Program-made: the position numbers and the translations under genes
Notes under the pieces: model-generated
The model's database searches: none
What the model saw: only the letters and a program-made list of their open reading frames with translations
Told to the model about the DNA's origin: nothing
Assembly (NCBI GenBank): GCA_963805065.1
Contig: CAWDSS010000012.1
Span: 108,174 to 172,173 of the forward strand
Length of the DNA stretch: 64,000 nucleotides
Reading direction: 5' to 3'
From: Candidatus Omnitrophota bacterium
Lineage (GTDB): Bacteria; Omnitrophota; Gorgyraeia; Gygaellales; Profunditerraquicolaceae
In this document: in pieces, positions 51,140 to 60,523 of the stretch
How the letters are laid out: each line of letters begins with the position of its first letter
Position numbering within the stretch: position 1 is the first letter of the stretch

Positions 51140-54100
51140 CTAAGGCGAATAAGATCTAATTGATTTCTCAGGATTTCCTTTTTTTTCAATCATAGGATCT
51201 TGTGGAGAATGGATTAACTCCATGTGGCATTTCCAAACCTCTTTATCCCAAACCTGCCACCAGTTAACTCCTGTATTACTAAGACATTCATCATGAGTTT
51301 TACATGCACTATCACTAGGAGAAGTTGGACAACCCGGACCACTTTTAGTTAATCCGCAATAATTTGTTCCGGGGTAAGCCCAAGAAGTAAGATCCCACCA
51401 TTCAAAAGGAGCAGTCGCATTTTTGCTACACAATCCCCACAAATCAACTAAATTTATAGGATTATTTCCTACATGCATATACATATTTGGCCCATCGGCC
51501 ATACCACTTGGATCTTGAGTTATAAACCTGCCGATTGTTGGATCATAATATCGTGCGCCGAAGTAGATTAAACCAGATTGCTCTGCTTCTTTGGTTAGGA
51601 ATTGATGGGCATTGGCTAGATTAGCCTGAGTAAGAAGGTTGCCAAAAGCATCATAAGCGTAGGATTGGATATTTGCTCCAGTGGTGTCGCTTAGGTTAGA
51701 TACGCTGCCTAATCCATCGTAGCTATAATAGTTTTCAGGATTAGAGCTTTGTTGTGAATTAATAATCCCGCCAATCCCTCCTGCTGCGTAAGGATTGCGC
51801 AGATAACTTGCAACTGGGTCACCTGAGCCGTTGCGTTCTAAAACTACATCCATACCATCGTAGAGGTAATTTGTAGTACTTGAGCCGTTGGTGCTTGATA
51901 TCCTCTTTCCTTCCCCGTCATAGCCATAGTGGAAATCGGGGACAGTCCCTGTTGGGGACAACCCTTGAGTAAGCCTATTCTCATAATCATAACTTAGGTT
52001 TAACTCTTGAGTTGAGGATTGCTTTTTGATGAGGTTGCCGTTGTTATCATAAAGATAAAGGATTTGATCGGCTTGGTTGTAGGTGACATGGAGTGTCTGG
52101 GTGGATGTGTTACCAGGAACATCTGTGGCAGTAACAGTAATAATATTTAGGCCGTTGGATAAATTTATTGAGCAGCTAAAATTGTTCCCATTTAAAGCGG
52201 CATTGCTGCCGTTAACTGTAACTGACTGGATTCCGGATGCATCAGTGGCTGTGCCGGTTACGGTAATGGGCACTGTAGCAGGGCCGGTAATGTTCTCCTG
52301 GGTAAGCTGATTGCCGCTATTGTAGGTATAGAGATGTTCTGTACCCTGTCTTACCATACTGGTGCGGTTACCTGATGGGTCGTATTCATAGGTAGCCTGA
52401 TATGGATTTGCACTTGAGCTGTTGTTTTCTTGTGTAAGCTCGCCAACTGCATCATAAGTATAGTCAATTACGCTGTCAGGTAAGGTAACCCTGGATTTTC
52501 TTCCTGCATTATCATAAACATAATCGAAATCCGAAAGCTTATCAAGAGAGCCGGTTGTCTTTTGGTTAGTCAGATGTTTTAAGCGATGCAGAGAATCAAA
52601 AGCGTAGGTTGCCTGGACATTGTTAGGATAAACAATGGCAGCAGGATTGCCTAAAGGATCATAGGTGTAGGTGGTTGTTTTATTATTGGAATCGGTAATT
52701 GAGGAAATCCTTCCCAGCGCATCATAGCTATACTGGATAGTTTTTCCTCCCGGCAAAGTTAAGCTCGTGCGGTTACCCAGTGAATCATAGGTATATTGCA
52801 GGGTTGAATTTGCGCCAGGTGAGCTAATCTGCGTCAGGCGGCCAAGTGAATCATAAGTATAGCTGGTAGTACCTTGGGAGTCGGTCATAGAGGTTCGCCT
52901 GCCTAATGAGTCATATGAAAAGCTTACCGAAGTAGCATCAGGATAATTCATCTTCTTTAAGCGGTTAAGTGAGTCATACACATAGGTAATAGTATTACTG
53001 TTTGCGTCTGTTATGCTTGTGCGGTTTCCCACCGGGTCATAGGCATAAGATTTTGCCAAACCTAAGGGGTTAGTTTCCAGAACAAGCCGGTTCAATGAAT
53101 CATACTGGTACGTTGTTGTGTGCTGGTTCTGATCAACTACGCTTATGCGGTTACCTTCAGTATCATAGCCGAAATTAATTGTTTTGCCAAGGGGATTAGT
53201 GATGCTGGTAACATGATTATTTAAATCATAAGTATAACTTGTAGTGTTTCCTGCGTTATCGGTAGCAGACAGCTTATTACCCAAGGCATCATAGGTAAAA
53301 GACGCGGTTGAGCTGTCAGGATAGGTTATAAGTGTCAGCTGGTTAAGATTATTATAGGTAAACTGGGTAACGTTATTTGCAGCGTCCTTAAGTTGGGTGC
53401 GGTTTCCCAGTAGGTCATAGCTAAAAGTAATGGTGTTATTGAGCGCATCAGTTGAAGTTAAAAGATCGCCATAGGCATCATAGGTAAAGCTTGTCGTGTA
53501 ATTCCTTGGGTTAGTCGTGCTGATAAGTTGTCCAGAGGCATCGTAAACATTGGCTGTAAAATTACCCAGCGCGTCAGTCAGTTTGACGAGATTTCCGTTT
53601 GCGTCATAATCATATGCCGTAAGATTACCTTGCGCGTCGGTAATTGTTTTAACAAAATCAAAATCAGAGGTGTAAGTAAAGGCTGTGGTATTGCCAAGCG
53701 GGTCAGTTGCGGTTAAGAGATTGCCACGGCTGTCATAGGTATAGTTTGTGGTATTTGAATTTTTATCGGTAACGGAGATTTTATTCATATTCCCGTCCCA
53801 AACATTAAGCTGGATATTATTTTGAGCATCGGTAATTTTTGTCACCAAGCCGTAGGTATTGTATTCGTATTTGGTAATATTACCACGTGAGTCTGTTACC
53901 GTGGTAATTGGGTTGGCTGAATCAAAGGATAAACTAACCGCGTTATTGTTATTGTCCTGCCAAGATTGATATGCGCGGCCGAGTGAGTCATACTCAAAGT
54001 TAAGCGTATGGCTATTAACGTCAGTCTTAAGAATAAGCTGGTTATTGCCGTTATATTGATAGGTAGTTACGTTATTTAGCGGGTCAGTTACTTTTGTAAG

Positions 54101-55369
54101 ATTACCATTTGCATCATAGTCATATTTAAAAATCCTGTTTGCGGGATCGGTTATTTGAGTGGTCCTTCCGTTAGAATCATTAGTAAACAATAATTTCCTG
54201 CCGGAAGCATCATCTACTTCAGTAATTATTCCGTTTGCATCCCTTAAAATATTTATTGCGTTAGAGTTCCTCCCTTCAATCTTCGTCAGGCGACCGTAGG
54301 TGTCGAAATAATCTTGTTGTCCGTGTTTTCTTAAAATCGTATACGTAGAGTCTGCGTTTTTGGTAAGGGTAGAATATTCCCCTGGCGAAGGCTGATAGGT
54401 GCCGTCCGCGTTCTTGGAATAAACCGTGTAGACTGCTGTTTGATCGACTTCCACTACCGAGCCGTCAGGATATTCTTTTAAAGTATCATCAAAATTAGAG
54501 CGCCAGCCATAGCCGAACTGGCCGTTAAAGTTATCCTGAGAATTATAGTTACGGGTTAGTTCCAAAGGCAGCTCTTTTGCCGGTATGGATATATCGTTTT
54601 GGGAGGTAAACATAGTGCCGTTAGCTACATTAATCGGCTCGCCGACAACAGTAGGATTGGGATTTTGTTTCATTGGGTCAATTTGAGGAGCAGGAGGATA
54701 TCCCTTAGTTATATTAATCTTAACCGGGGTTCCTTTACCTGAATCATCTGTGCAATAGCCGGAAAGCGTATATTCTCCCAAGGGGTAAGAGCTGATACTG
54801 AAATCCGCGCTCAAAGTTCCAGAAGTTAGGGGGCTGGGAAGATAAAAGTAACGAGTTATCGGATATATGCCGTTGCCTGATAGCTGGAGCGAGGCATAGT
54901 TAATTCCATGAAAATTAGGTGCCACACTATGAAAAGAAATAGTAACAGGAAGGCTAGTCTGATTAGGCGGTATAAATGCACCGTCAACAGGCGTAACAAA
55001 AGTCAATACGGGATAAGGATTATTTACGGTTACTGAAATAGCATCGTAAAAGTTCGGTACACCACTATAACCGCTACTGGCTATGACTCCCAATTGCACA
55101 ACAGCCCCATTTACTACCCCTGAAGTATCCCAGTAAAAGGTGTGCGTGCCTGAAACTTCAGGCGGGCTAATATAAAAATATCCCAATACATAACTATATA
55201 GGGAATTAATAGGACATTGTATACTGCCTGAATAAGTCACAACCACAGGAACTATACCTCCTACTGTCTGACCATCAGCAGGAGATTCGATTTTAACGGC
55301 TGCCCAGGCTTGCATTTGCAGAAGAAACGAAAGAATTAAAAGAAAAATAATAAAAAGGCTTGTTTTCAT
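51140..55369 (-). CDS. Rhs/YD-repeat toxin with Ig-like N-terminal domains and a PLA2-like C-terminal tip
   Basis: Signal peptide and dozens of YD repeats (YTYDALGN, YQYDSLNRL, ...). The Rhs core end reads GARYYDPTIGRFITQDP...NPINLVDLWGL, followed by a 96-aa tip with NYCGLTKSGPG...DSACKTHDEC. Confidence 0.9.
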   Translation of the reverse strand: MKTSLFIIFLLILSFLLQMQAWAAVKIESPADGQTVGGIVPVVVTYSGSIQCPINSLYSYVLGYFYISPPEVSGTHTFYWDTSGVVNGAVVQLGVIASSGYSGVPNFYDAISVTVNNPYPVLTFVTPVDGAFIPPNQTSLPVTISFHSVAPNFHGINYASLQLSGNGIYPITRYFYLPSPLTSGTLSADFSISSYPLGEYTLSGYCTDDSGKGTPVKINITKGYPPAPQIDPMKQNPNPTVVGEPINVANGTMFTSQNDISIPAKELPLELTRNYNSQDNFNGQFGYGWRSNFDDTLKEYPDGSVVEVDQTAVYTVYSKNADGTYQPSPGEYSTLTKNADSTYTILRKHGQQDYFDTYGRLTKIEGRNSNAINILRDANGIITEVDDASGRKLLFTNDSNGRTTQITDPANRIFKYDYDANGNLTKVTDPLNNVTTYQYNGNNQLILKTDVNSHTLNFEYDSLGRAYQSWQDNNNNAVSLSFDSANPITTVTDSRGNITKYEYNTYGLVTKITDAQNNIQLNVWDGNMNKISVTDKNSNTTNYTYDSRGNLLTATDPLGNTTAFTYTSDFDFVKTITDAQGNLTAYDYDANGNLVKLTDALGNFTANVYDASGQLISTTNPRNYTTSFTYDAYGDLLTSTDALNNTITFSYDLLGNRTQLKDAANNVTQFTYNNLNQLTLITYPDSSTASFTYDALGNKLSATDNAGNTTSYTYDLNNHVTSITNPLGKTINFGYDTEGNRISVVDQNQHTTTYQYDSLNRLVLETNPLGLAKSYAYDPVGNRTSITDANSNTITYVYDSLNRLKKMNYPDATSVSFSYDSLGRRTSMTDSQGTTSYTYDSLGRLTQISSPGANSTLQYTYDSLGNRTSLTLPGGKTIQYSYDALGRISSITDSNNKTTTYTYDPLGNPAAIVYPNNVQATYAFDSLHRLKHLTNQKTTGSLDKLSDFDYVYDNAGRKSRVTLPDSVIDYTYDAVGELTQENNSSSANPYQATYEYDPSGNRTSMVRQGTEHLYTYNSGNQLTQENITGPATVPITVTGTATDASGIQSVTVNGSNAALNGNNFSCSINLSNGLNIITVTATDVPGNTSTQTLHVTYNQADQILYLYDNNGNLIKKQSSTQELNLSYDYENRLTQGLSPTGTVPDFHYGYDGEGKRISSTNGSSTTNYLYDGMDVVLERNGSGDPVASYLRNPYAAGGIGGIINSQQSSNPENYYSYDGLGSVSNLSDTTGANIQSYAYDAFGNLLTQANLANAHQFLTKEAEQSGLIYFGARYYDPTIGRFITQDPSGMADGPNMYMHVGNNPINLVDLWGLCSKNATAPFEWWDLTSWAYPGTNYCGLTKSGPGCPTSPSDSACKTHDECLSNTGVNWWQVWDKEVWKCHMELIHSPQDPMIEKKGNPEKSIRSYSP

Positions 55370-55371
55370 AA

Positions 55372-56490
55372 TTATTGCGGCCTTATCACCGCATTATCAA
55401 GCGGTGAAGTAATATTCAATTCAGGTGCAGTTGTGTCCAAGATTATCGCGGCTGAATAAACTTGCGACCAGTTGCCTGCAGCATCAGAGAACTTTACATA
55501 AATGGTCTTAGTACCATCACCTGTGGTTAAAGTCCAGGTTTTGGTGATGGTATATGTTTCAGGTATTAACCAAGTTATTCCATCATTTGAGAATTGCATC
55601 TGGCTAAGGCCAGAGCCGCTGTCATTAGCATTAAGAGTTAAGGTAATGCTAGTTGCATTAGTGTATTGGTTGCCATTATTTATTGTAATCGTGCCTGTGG
55701 GAGAAGCGGTATCCAAGATAATAGTACTTGAAAATGCACTTGACCAGTTACCTGCAACATCCTTGTATTTGACATAAACTGTCTTGGTGCCATCACCCGA
55801 AGCAAGCGTCCAGTTCACGGTAGTGGCATAAGCTTGGGGAGTTGACCACGTGGCGTTGTCATTAGAAAATTGCATCTGACTGAGGCCAGAATAGGAATCA
55901 GTGGCCAAGAGATTAAGGGTAACGCTAGAAGAATTAGTGTATTGAACGCCATTATTTATCTTGATTGTGCCAGTGGGAGGTGTTGTGTCAGAAGACAAAC
56001 CGTATAATTTAACCTCATAAATAACCGGAGAAATTAACTGGGCTCTGTTTATATATAGCCTGATGTAACGGTTAGCTTTTGACAAACTGTAAGTCAATTT
56101 ATAAGGGTTAGTTGTACCACCAGCAGATGAAAGATTGGAATAAAGATTAACCCAGTTGACGCCATCATTGGAAGCCTGGATATTATAATTCGTGGAGCCA
56201 AGAAACCTATTCCACCAGATTGAGATTTGCGTTAAAGAATAGGTTTGCCCCAAATCCAAGCTTAGCCACCAATAAGTTTTAGGGAATCCGCCTATCCAGG
56301 TAGTGTTAAGATTGTTATCAATTGCCTTGGATGCATCGAAGAGATAAACCAGGGAACTGGATGCTGCGGCTGAAGAAACTTTTAATTCAGTGTCGGCAAA
56401 GGAAGGATTTGAAAGCAGGCAAAAAAATAGGACCGCTAAACCTCCAAAGACTTTAACTTTTTTGGTTCCGGTCCTTAATAATTCGGGCAC
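55372..56490 (-). CDS. secreted F5/8-type-C (discoidin) domain protein with two Ig-like repeats
   Basis: Signal peptide and discoidin-like AIDNNLNTTWIG...WWLSLDLGQTYSLTQISIWW...YNIQASNDGVNW. Two ~95-aa repeats begin with DTTPPTGTIKINNG and DTASPTGTITINNG. The stop lies 2 nt before the Rhs ATG. Confidence 0.75.
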   Translation of the reverse strand: MPELLRTGTKKVKVFGGLAVLFFCLLSNPSFADTELKVSSAAASSSLVYLFDASKAIDNNLNTTWIGGFPKTYWWLSLDLGQTYSLTQISIWWNRFLGSTNYNIQASNDGVNWVNLYSNLSSAGGTTNPYKLTYSLSKANRYIRLYINRAQLISPVIYEVKLYGLSSDTTPPTGTIKINNGVQYTNSSSVTLNLLATDSYSGLSQMQFSNDNATWSTPQAYATTVNWTLASGDGTKTVYVKYKDVAGNWSSAFSSTIILDTASPTGTITINNGNQYTNATSITLTLNANDSGSGLSQMQFSNDGITWLIPETYTITKTWTLTTGDGTKTIYVKFSDAAGNWSQVYSAAIILDTTAPELNITSPLDNAVIRPQ

Positions 56491-56581
56491 AAAACTCCTT
56501 TGTTTTATCCCGTGGCAAATTTCAAGTAAAGTGTAACATATATTTAGGGGTTTTCAAGAAATATTATCAGAATGTTCTTGC

Positions 56582-58771
56582 TTAAATCATCCGTTTTGAA
56601 CTTAAAGTATCTTGCTTAAGCTCTGCTTCGCTTACGTCTTTTAGCACGGGCAACTCGATGATAAAACTAGCGCCTTTGCCTGGGCCTTCTGACTCAGCCC
56701 AAATTTTTCCTTTGTGCCTCTCGATGATTTTCTTTGCGTTGTAAAGGCCCATGCCAGTGCCTTCGGTAGAAACCTTGGTAGTGGTAAAAGGAGTAAAGAT
56801 TACGGAAAGCATATCTTTTTTAATGCCGTAGCCGTTATCAGAAAAAACAATCCTTACCTGGCTGTGGTTCAAAAGGCTTAAGGACAAAAATACTTTCTTA
56901 TCCTTCATGTCTTTCATGGCATGGATAGCATTATTCGCCAATATTACCAATGCCTGCATAAGCTCAGGCTTCTCTCCCTTTACATACACCGGCCCCTTTA
57001 GCTGGCTTATCTTTTCATAAACAACAGTCTTATCCTTAAACTGCGGGTAATACAGCTTAGAGAAAGTGTCGACCACGTCTTCAATATTTATCGGCCTGAA
57101 TTCTCCGGTTATCTTCTGGCCGAAATCGCGTATTGCCTTAACCATTCCGGAAACTCTTTTAGCAGTCTCAACTATAAAATTAAGCGAATCCGAGACTTCT
57201 TTTTTCTTATTTTCATCAGGAATATCCTTTAGCAAGTCCATCTTCAGAAATCCTGCCTGACCGAGGATTACCTGCATGGGATTATCTATTTCATGGGCGA
57301 GTGAATAAGAATAAGCATCCATTTCCTGAAGCCGTGCCTTACGCTCCTTCTCCACAACGTCCTGCCAAAACTGGCAGTTTTCAATGGCAAGTGCTGCCTG
57401 ATTAGAAAGCACTTGAAGGACATTCAAATCTTCCTGCGTGTATACGCGGCCTGATAACTTATCACCCAGTATTAGAAAACCTGAAAGTGTATTTTCAGTA
57501 AAGCTGGGCACAATTACAGAAGCACCCAATGCCTTCATTTGAGTCTTAATCTCAGCCAGTTGCTGCGCCCGTGAAACATTCTTTCCCTGGCTAAGCATTT
57601 CTAATTCATCAAACACTAAAGGTGCCCGCGATTGCTCCAGCCACTGGATAAGTGGGATATTGCTATTAATAGGATTGAGGTCGTTGAATTTATCTCCGAT
57701 ATGCGCGTCTTGTGGTATAAATTTGTTTACTTCCTTATCCAATAGATATATGCCGGCATTATCCAGCCGTAACTTTGAGGAAAAAATATGCACTATGGAA
57801 GCCAGTAATTCCCTCATATCCGTAATCCTGCTCATGTCCTTCGAGGACTCATTCAACAGAGTCTGATAATCATATTCTTTTTGGAACAGGAATCTGTCAG
57901 TCAGGCTTATGAGCCAGTTCTTAAGAGGTTCATAAAAAGCAGTAATAGCTAAAACACTAATCGCCAAAGCCAAAACTTTTGAGCTGATTATCTGGCTTAA
58001 ATACATCTGCGCCAATCCTGCAGTTAAGGCGAACACAAAGAATACAAAACCAAATAAGCCTGCGAATATCACCGCCCTGCGGATAATGACTTCAATATCT
58101 AGGAGACGATACTGTAGTATCCCGTAGGCTAATAAAAATATATATACAGAAACCAATGGATGAGTTATCGGGGGGATTGGAATGTTATAAAATAGGAAAA
58201 AATTTATGCTACCGCCAGCATATCCAATCAATGTCGCTATAAACAATATCTGAAACTGCTTTTTTCTTAATCCTTTTGATACATTAAATTCTTTATATAG
58301 TAAGTACCATGAATACATTGCAACAGTGAAGAATTTCAATAAAAGAGGATGGAATAAAATTCCTGGATTAGGCCAGTATTTAAAAAACATTTTTGCGCTT
58401 ACTCCCTGTATAAATAATGGCGAAAAAATGAAACATAATAAACCAAAATCAATTATAAAACTATATAGAACTAATTTCATCAGTTTATATCTTTTGGCTT
58501 CCTCTAAATCTATTAATTTAATTGTATGATATAGTGAACAAGAAGGTATAAACATAGTACCAACCATGAGCATCCTTGACCAAAATAAAGCGCTTTGGGC
58601 GGTACTAGCTATTTGCCACATAAAGTAACTATAATTCCAAATAGATAATGACGCACACAGTAGCCCAAAAGAAATATACTTGGTATTTCGAGTATTCTTG
58701 GTATATACAAAAATACCCAATATGTTACTTACTACTCCATTAATTAACCCACTGATTGCGTAGTAAAACAT
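56582..58771 (-). CDS. polytopic membrane sensor histidine kinase with GAF domain
   Basis: About 8 N-terminal TM helices, a GAF-like middle region, H-box SLAHEIDNPM, and an HATPase domain (ILANNAIHAM, DNGYGI, GTGMGL). Confidence 0.85.
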   Translation of the reverse strand: MFYYAISGLINGVVSNILGIFVYTKNTRNTKYISFGLLCASLSIWNYSYFMWQIASTAQSALFWSRMLMVGTMFIPSCSLYHTIKLIDLEEAKRYKLMKLVLYSFIIDFGLLCFIFSPLFIQGVSAKMFFKYWPNPGILFHPLLLKFFTVAMYSWYLLYKEFNVSKGLRKKQFQILFIATLIGYAGGSINFFLFYNIPIPPITHPLVSVYIFLLAYGILQYRLLDIEVIIRRAVIFAGLFGFVFFVFALTAGLAQMYLSQIISSKVLALAISVLAITAFYEPLKNWLISLTDRFLFQKEYDYQTLLNESSKDMSRITDMRELLASIVHIFSSKLRLDNAGIYLLDKEVNKFIPQDAHIGDKFNDLNPINSNIPLIQWLEQSRAPLVFDELEMLSQGKNVSRAQQLAEIKTQMKALGASVIVPSFTENTLSGFLILGDKLSGRVYTQEDLNVLQVLSNQAALAIENCQFWQDVVEKERKARLQEMDAYSYSLAHEIDNPMQVILGQAGFLKMDLLKDIPDENKKKEVSDSLNFIVETAKRVSGMVKAIRDFGQKITGEFRPINIEDVVDTFSKLYYPQFKDKTVVYEKISQLKGPVYVKGEKPELMQALVILANNAIHAMKDMKDKKVFLSLSLLNHSQVRIVFSDNGYGIKKDMLSVIFTPFTTTKVSTEGTGMGLYNAKKIIERHKGKIWAESEGPGKGASFIIELPVLKDVSEAELKQDTLSSKRMI

Positions 58772-60523
58772 TTATATCTCTTCTGCCTTTCTTGCTAATG
58801 CGACGTTTGCCTGATCGCCAAATGACCTAAAAATATTTATACCAATAAAACCAGCCTCACTCATTAAATCAGACAGTTCTTCTTCAGCGAAAAAATGGTA
58901 ATGTCCTTCTTTTTCTTTCTGCCTAATCTTTCCTGCGGCGCTTAATAATTTTCTGCCTTCCAGCAACTCTTCTTCTGTTTCTATATTATTTGCATAATTA
59001 CTGTATACTAATGATAAATCACTGTAAGGTTTCAAAGACGTAACTATGATTTTCCCACCTGACTTAAGGACTTCCCTTAGCCTTTTTATCACACCAACCG
59101 GATTTTTTAAATACGAAACCACTAAGTTACAACATATATTGTCAAAATAGTCTGTTTTGAATGGTAGTTGCTTTTCTAAATCTGATAAGATATATTGGCA
59201 TTTAATCAAATCAAAACAATTATATCGCCTAATCTTCAAATAATCTATCATAATGCCATTGTGTATTCTTTGGGCTTCATGCAACGCATTATATACGAAA
59301 TCTACTCCCGCATAGTAATATATGTCCGCTGACGTATATTCTTTTTTCTGGGCAGAATTATTAAAGGCTTGACTCTCTAATATACGTCTTATTAACCATG
59401 ACCCAAAATGCCCATTGCCACATCCAGCATCAAGGATCTTATCCCCCATTCTTATTTCCCCAAATGAATTAACGATAAAATCTAACAAGCTCCTGAAATC
59501 ATCGGATTTGGTTATAATTAAATATTTTGACAAATAACTATCCCAAAAATTTTTCTCGCCTTCTTTCGTAATTTTTGTAAGTGCCTTTAAACTTGCCATT
59601 TCAACTTTATTTTGTTTAACTAGATAACGGACATCTGGCTCAAAAATAGAATCAATTTGCTTATTTTCATTCTTAATATATTCAATGCAAAACTTAACTA
59701 TCTGCATGATAACAATTCTTGCTAATCTAGGGTTTTCTTGAATTTGATGAAAAGCACTAGGAATGACATAAGCTTTGCAATTATCTTTATTTTCACATAT
59801 TGCTTCTACATCTTTATAATTAACCCAAGCATCTTTTTCAGCAACCAAAAAAACTATGGGGCACTCTACATTTTTGATATCATCTTTCGTGTCTGCTAAA
59901 GAAGCCACATTATTTTTTATGGCGGCTCCTATCAAGTCATCGTGCACTTCGAAACCCATAATATCAACCATACCCCATCTCTTACCAGATCGGTATGATT
60001 CAACTAAATCTTCTCTATAGATTAAATTTAAGCTCGATTCAAGATCAACTAATCCAGCTAAACTTAATAAAAATCCGATTCTTTTATCCTGTGCACATGC
60101 TTTTATAGCAATTCTTACAGCTAGACTTGAGGCAACAATGCCTATTCTTTTCACACTAAATGTCTGTTCAACATAATCAAAAACATCTATTAAATCATCG
60201 CGCATCGTCAACAAATTCGTATTCGCAATCTCACCATCGCTTTCTCCTATATGGTCTGTATTGTCATAACGCACTACATCGAATCCATTAACCGTAAGAT
60301 AATAAGCTGTTGAAATATAATCTCGTTTTGTTTCTCCATAAGCTGGTGGTATGACAATAAAATATTTATCTTTAGATAAATTATTGACATAATCATGATA
60401 CCCTATGATAGTCTTTCCGTTTCTATTCTTAATGGCTAGCCGTTCGCTATTTATGGCTTCTTTCTTTATTTTTCTGTGTTCAAAGTCTAATTTATTATTG
60501 TGTGCGACCGATAGTAATCTCAT
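58772..60523 (-). CDS. LuxD-like acyl-ACP thioesterase/acyltransferase fused to class I SAM-dependent methyltransferase
   Basis: The N-terminal half is colinear with my recollection of LuxD: NGFDVVRYDNTDHIGESDGEI, IGIVASSLAVRIA (nucleophile), FLLSLAGLVDLESSL, PIVFLVAEKDAWV, SAFHQIQEN. The C-terminal half has MTase motif I ILDAGCGNGHFG and post-I/II blocks. Confidence 0.65.
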   Translation of the reverse strand: MRLLSVAHNNKLDFEHRKIKKEAINSERLAIKNRNGKTIIGYHDYVNNLSKDKYFIVIPPAYGETKRDYISTAYYLTVNGFDVVRYDNTDHIGESDGEIANTNLLTMRDDLIDVFDYVEQTFSVKRIGIVASSLAVRIAIKACAQDKRIGFLLSLAGLVDLESSLNLIYREDLVESYRSGKRWGMVDIMGFEVHDDLIGAAIKNNVASLADTKDDIKNVECPIVFLVAEKDAWVNYKDVEAICENKDNCKAYVIPSAFHQIQENPRLARIVIMQIVKFCIEYIKNENKQIDSIFEPDVRYLVKQNKVEMASLKALTKITKEGEKNFWDSYLSKYLIITKSDDFRSLLDFIVNSFGEIRMGDKILDAGCGNGHFGSWLIRRILESQAFNNSAQKKEYTSADIYYYAGVDFVYNALHEAQRIHNGIMIDYLKIRRYNCFDLIKCQYILSDLEKQLPFKTDYFDNICCNLVVSYLKNPVGVIKRLREVLKSGGKIIVTSLKPYSDLSLVYSNYANNIETEEELLEGRKLLSAAGKIRQKEKEGHYHFFAEEELSDLMSEAGFIGINIFRSFGDQANVALARKAEEI

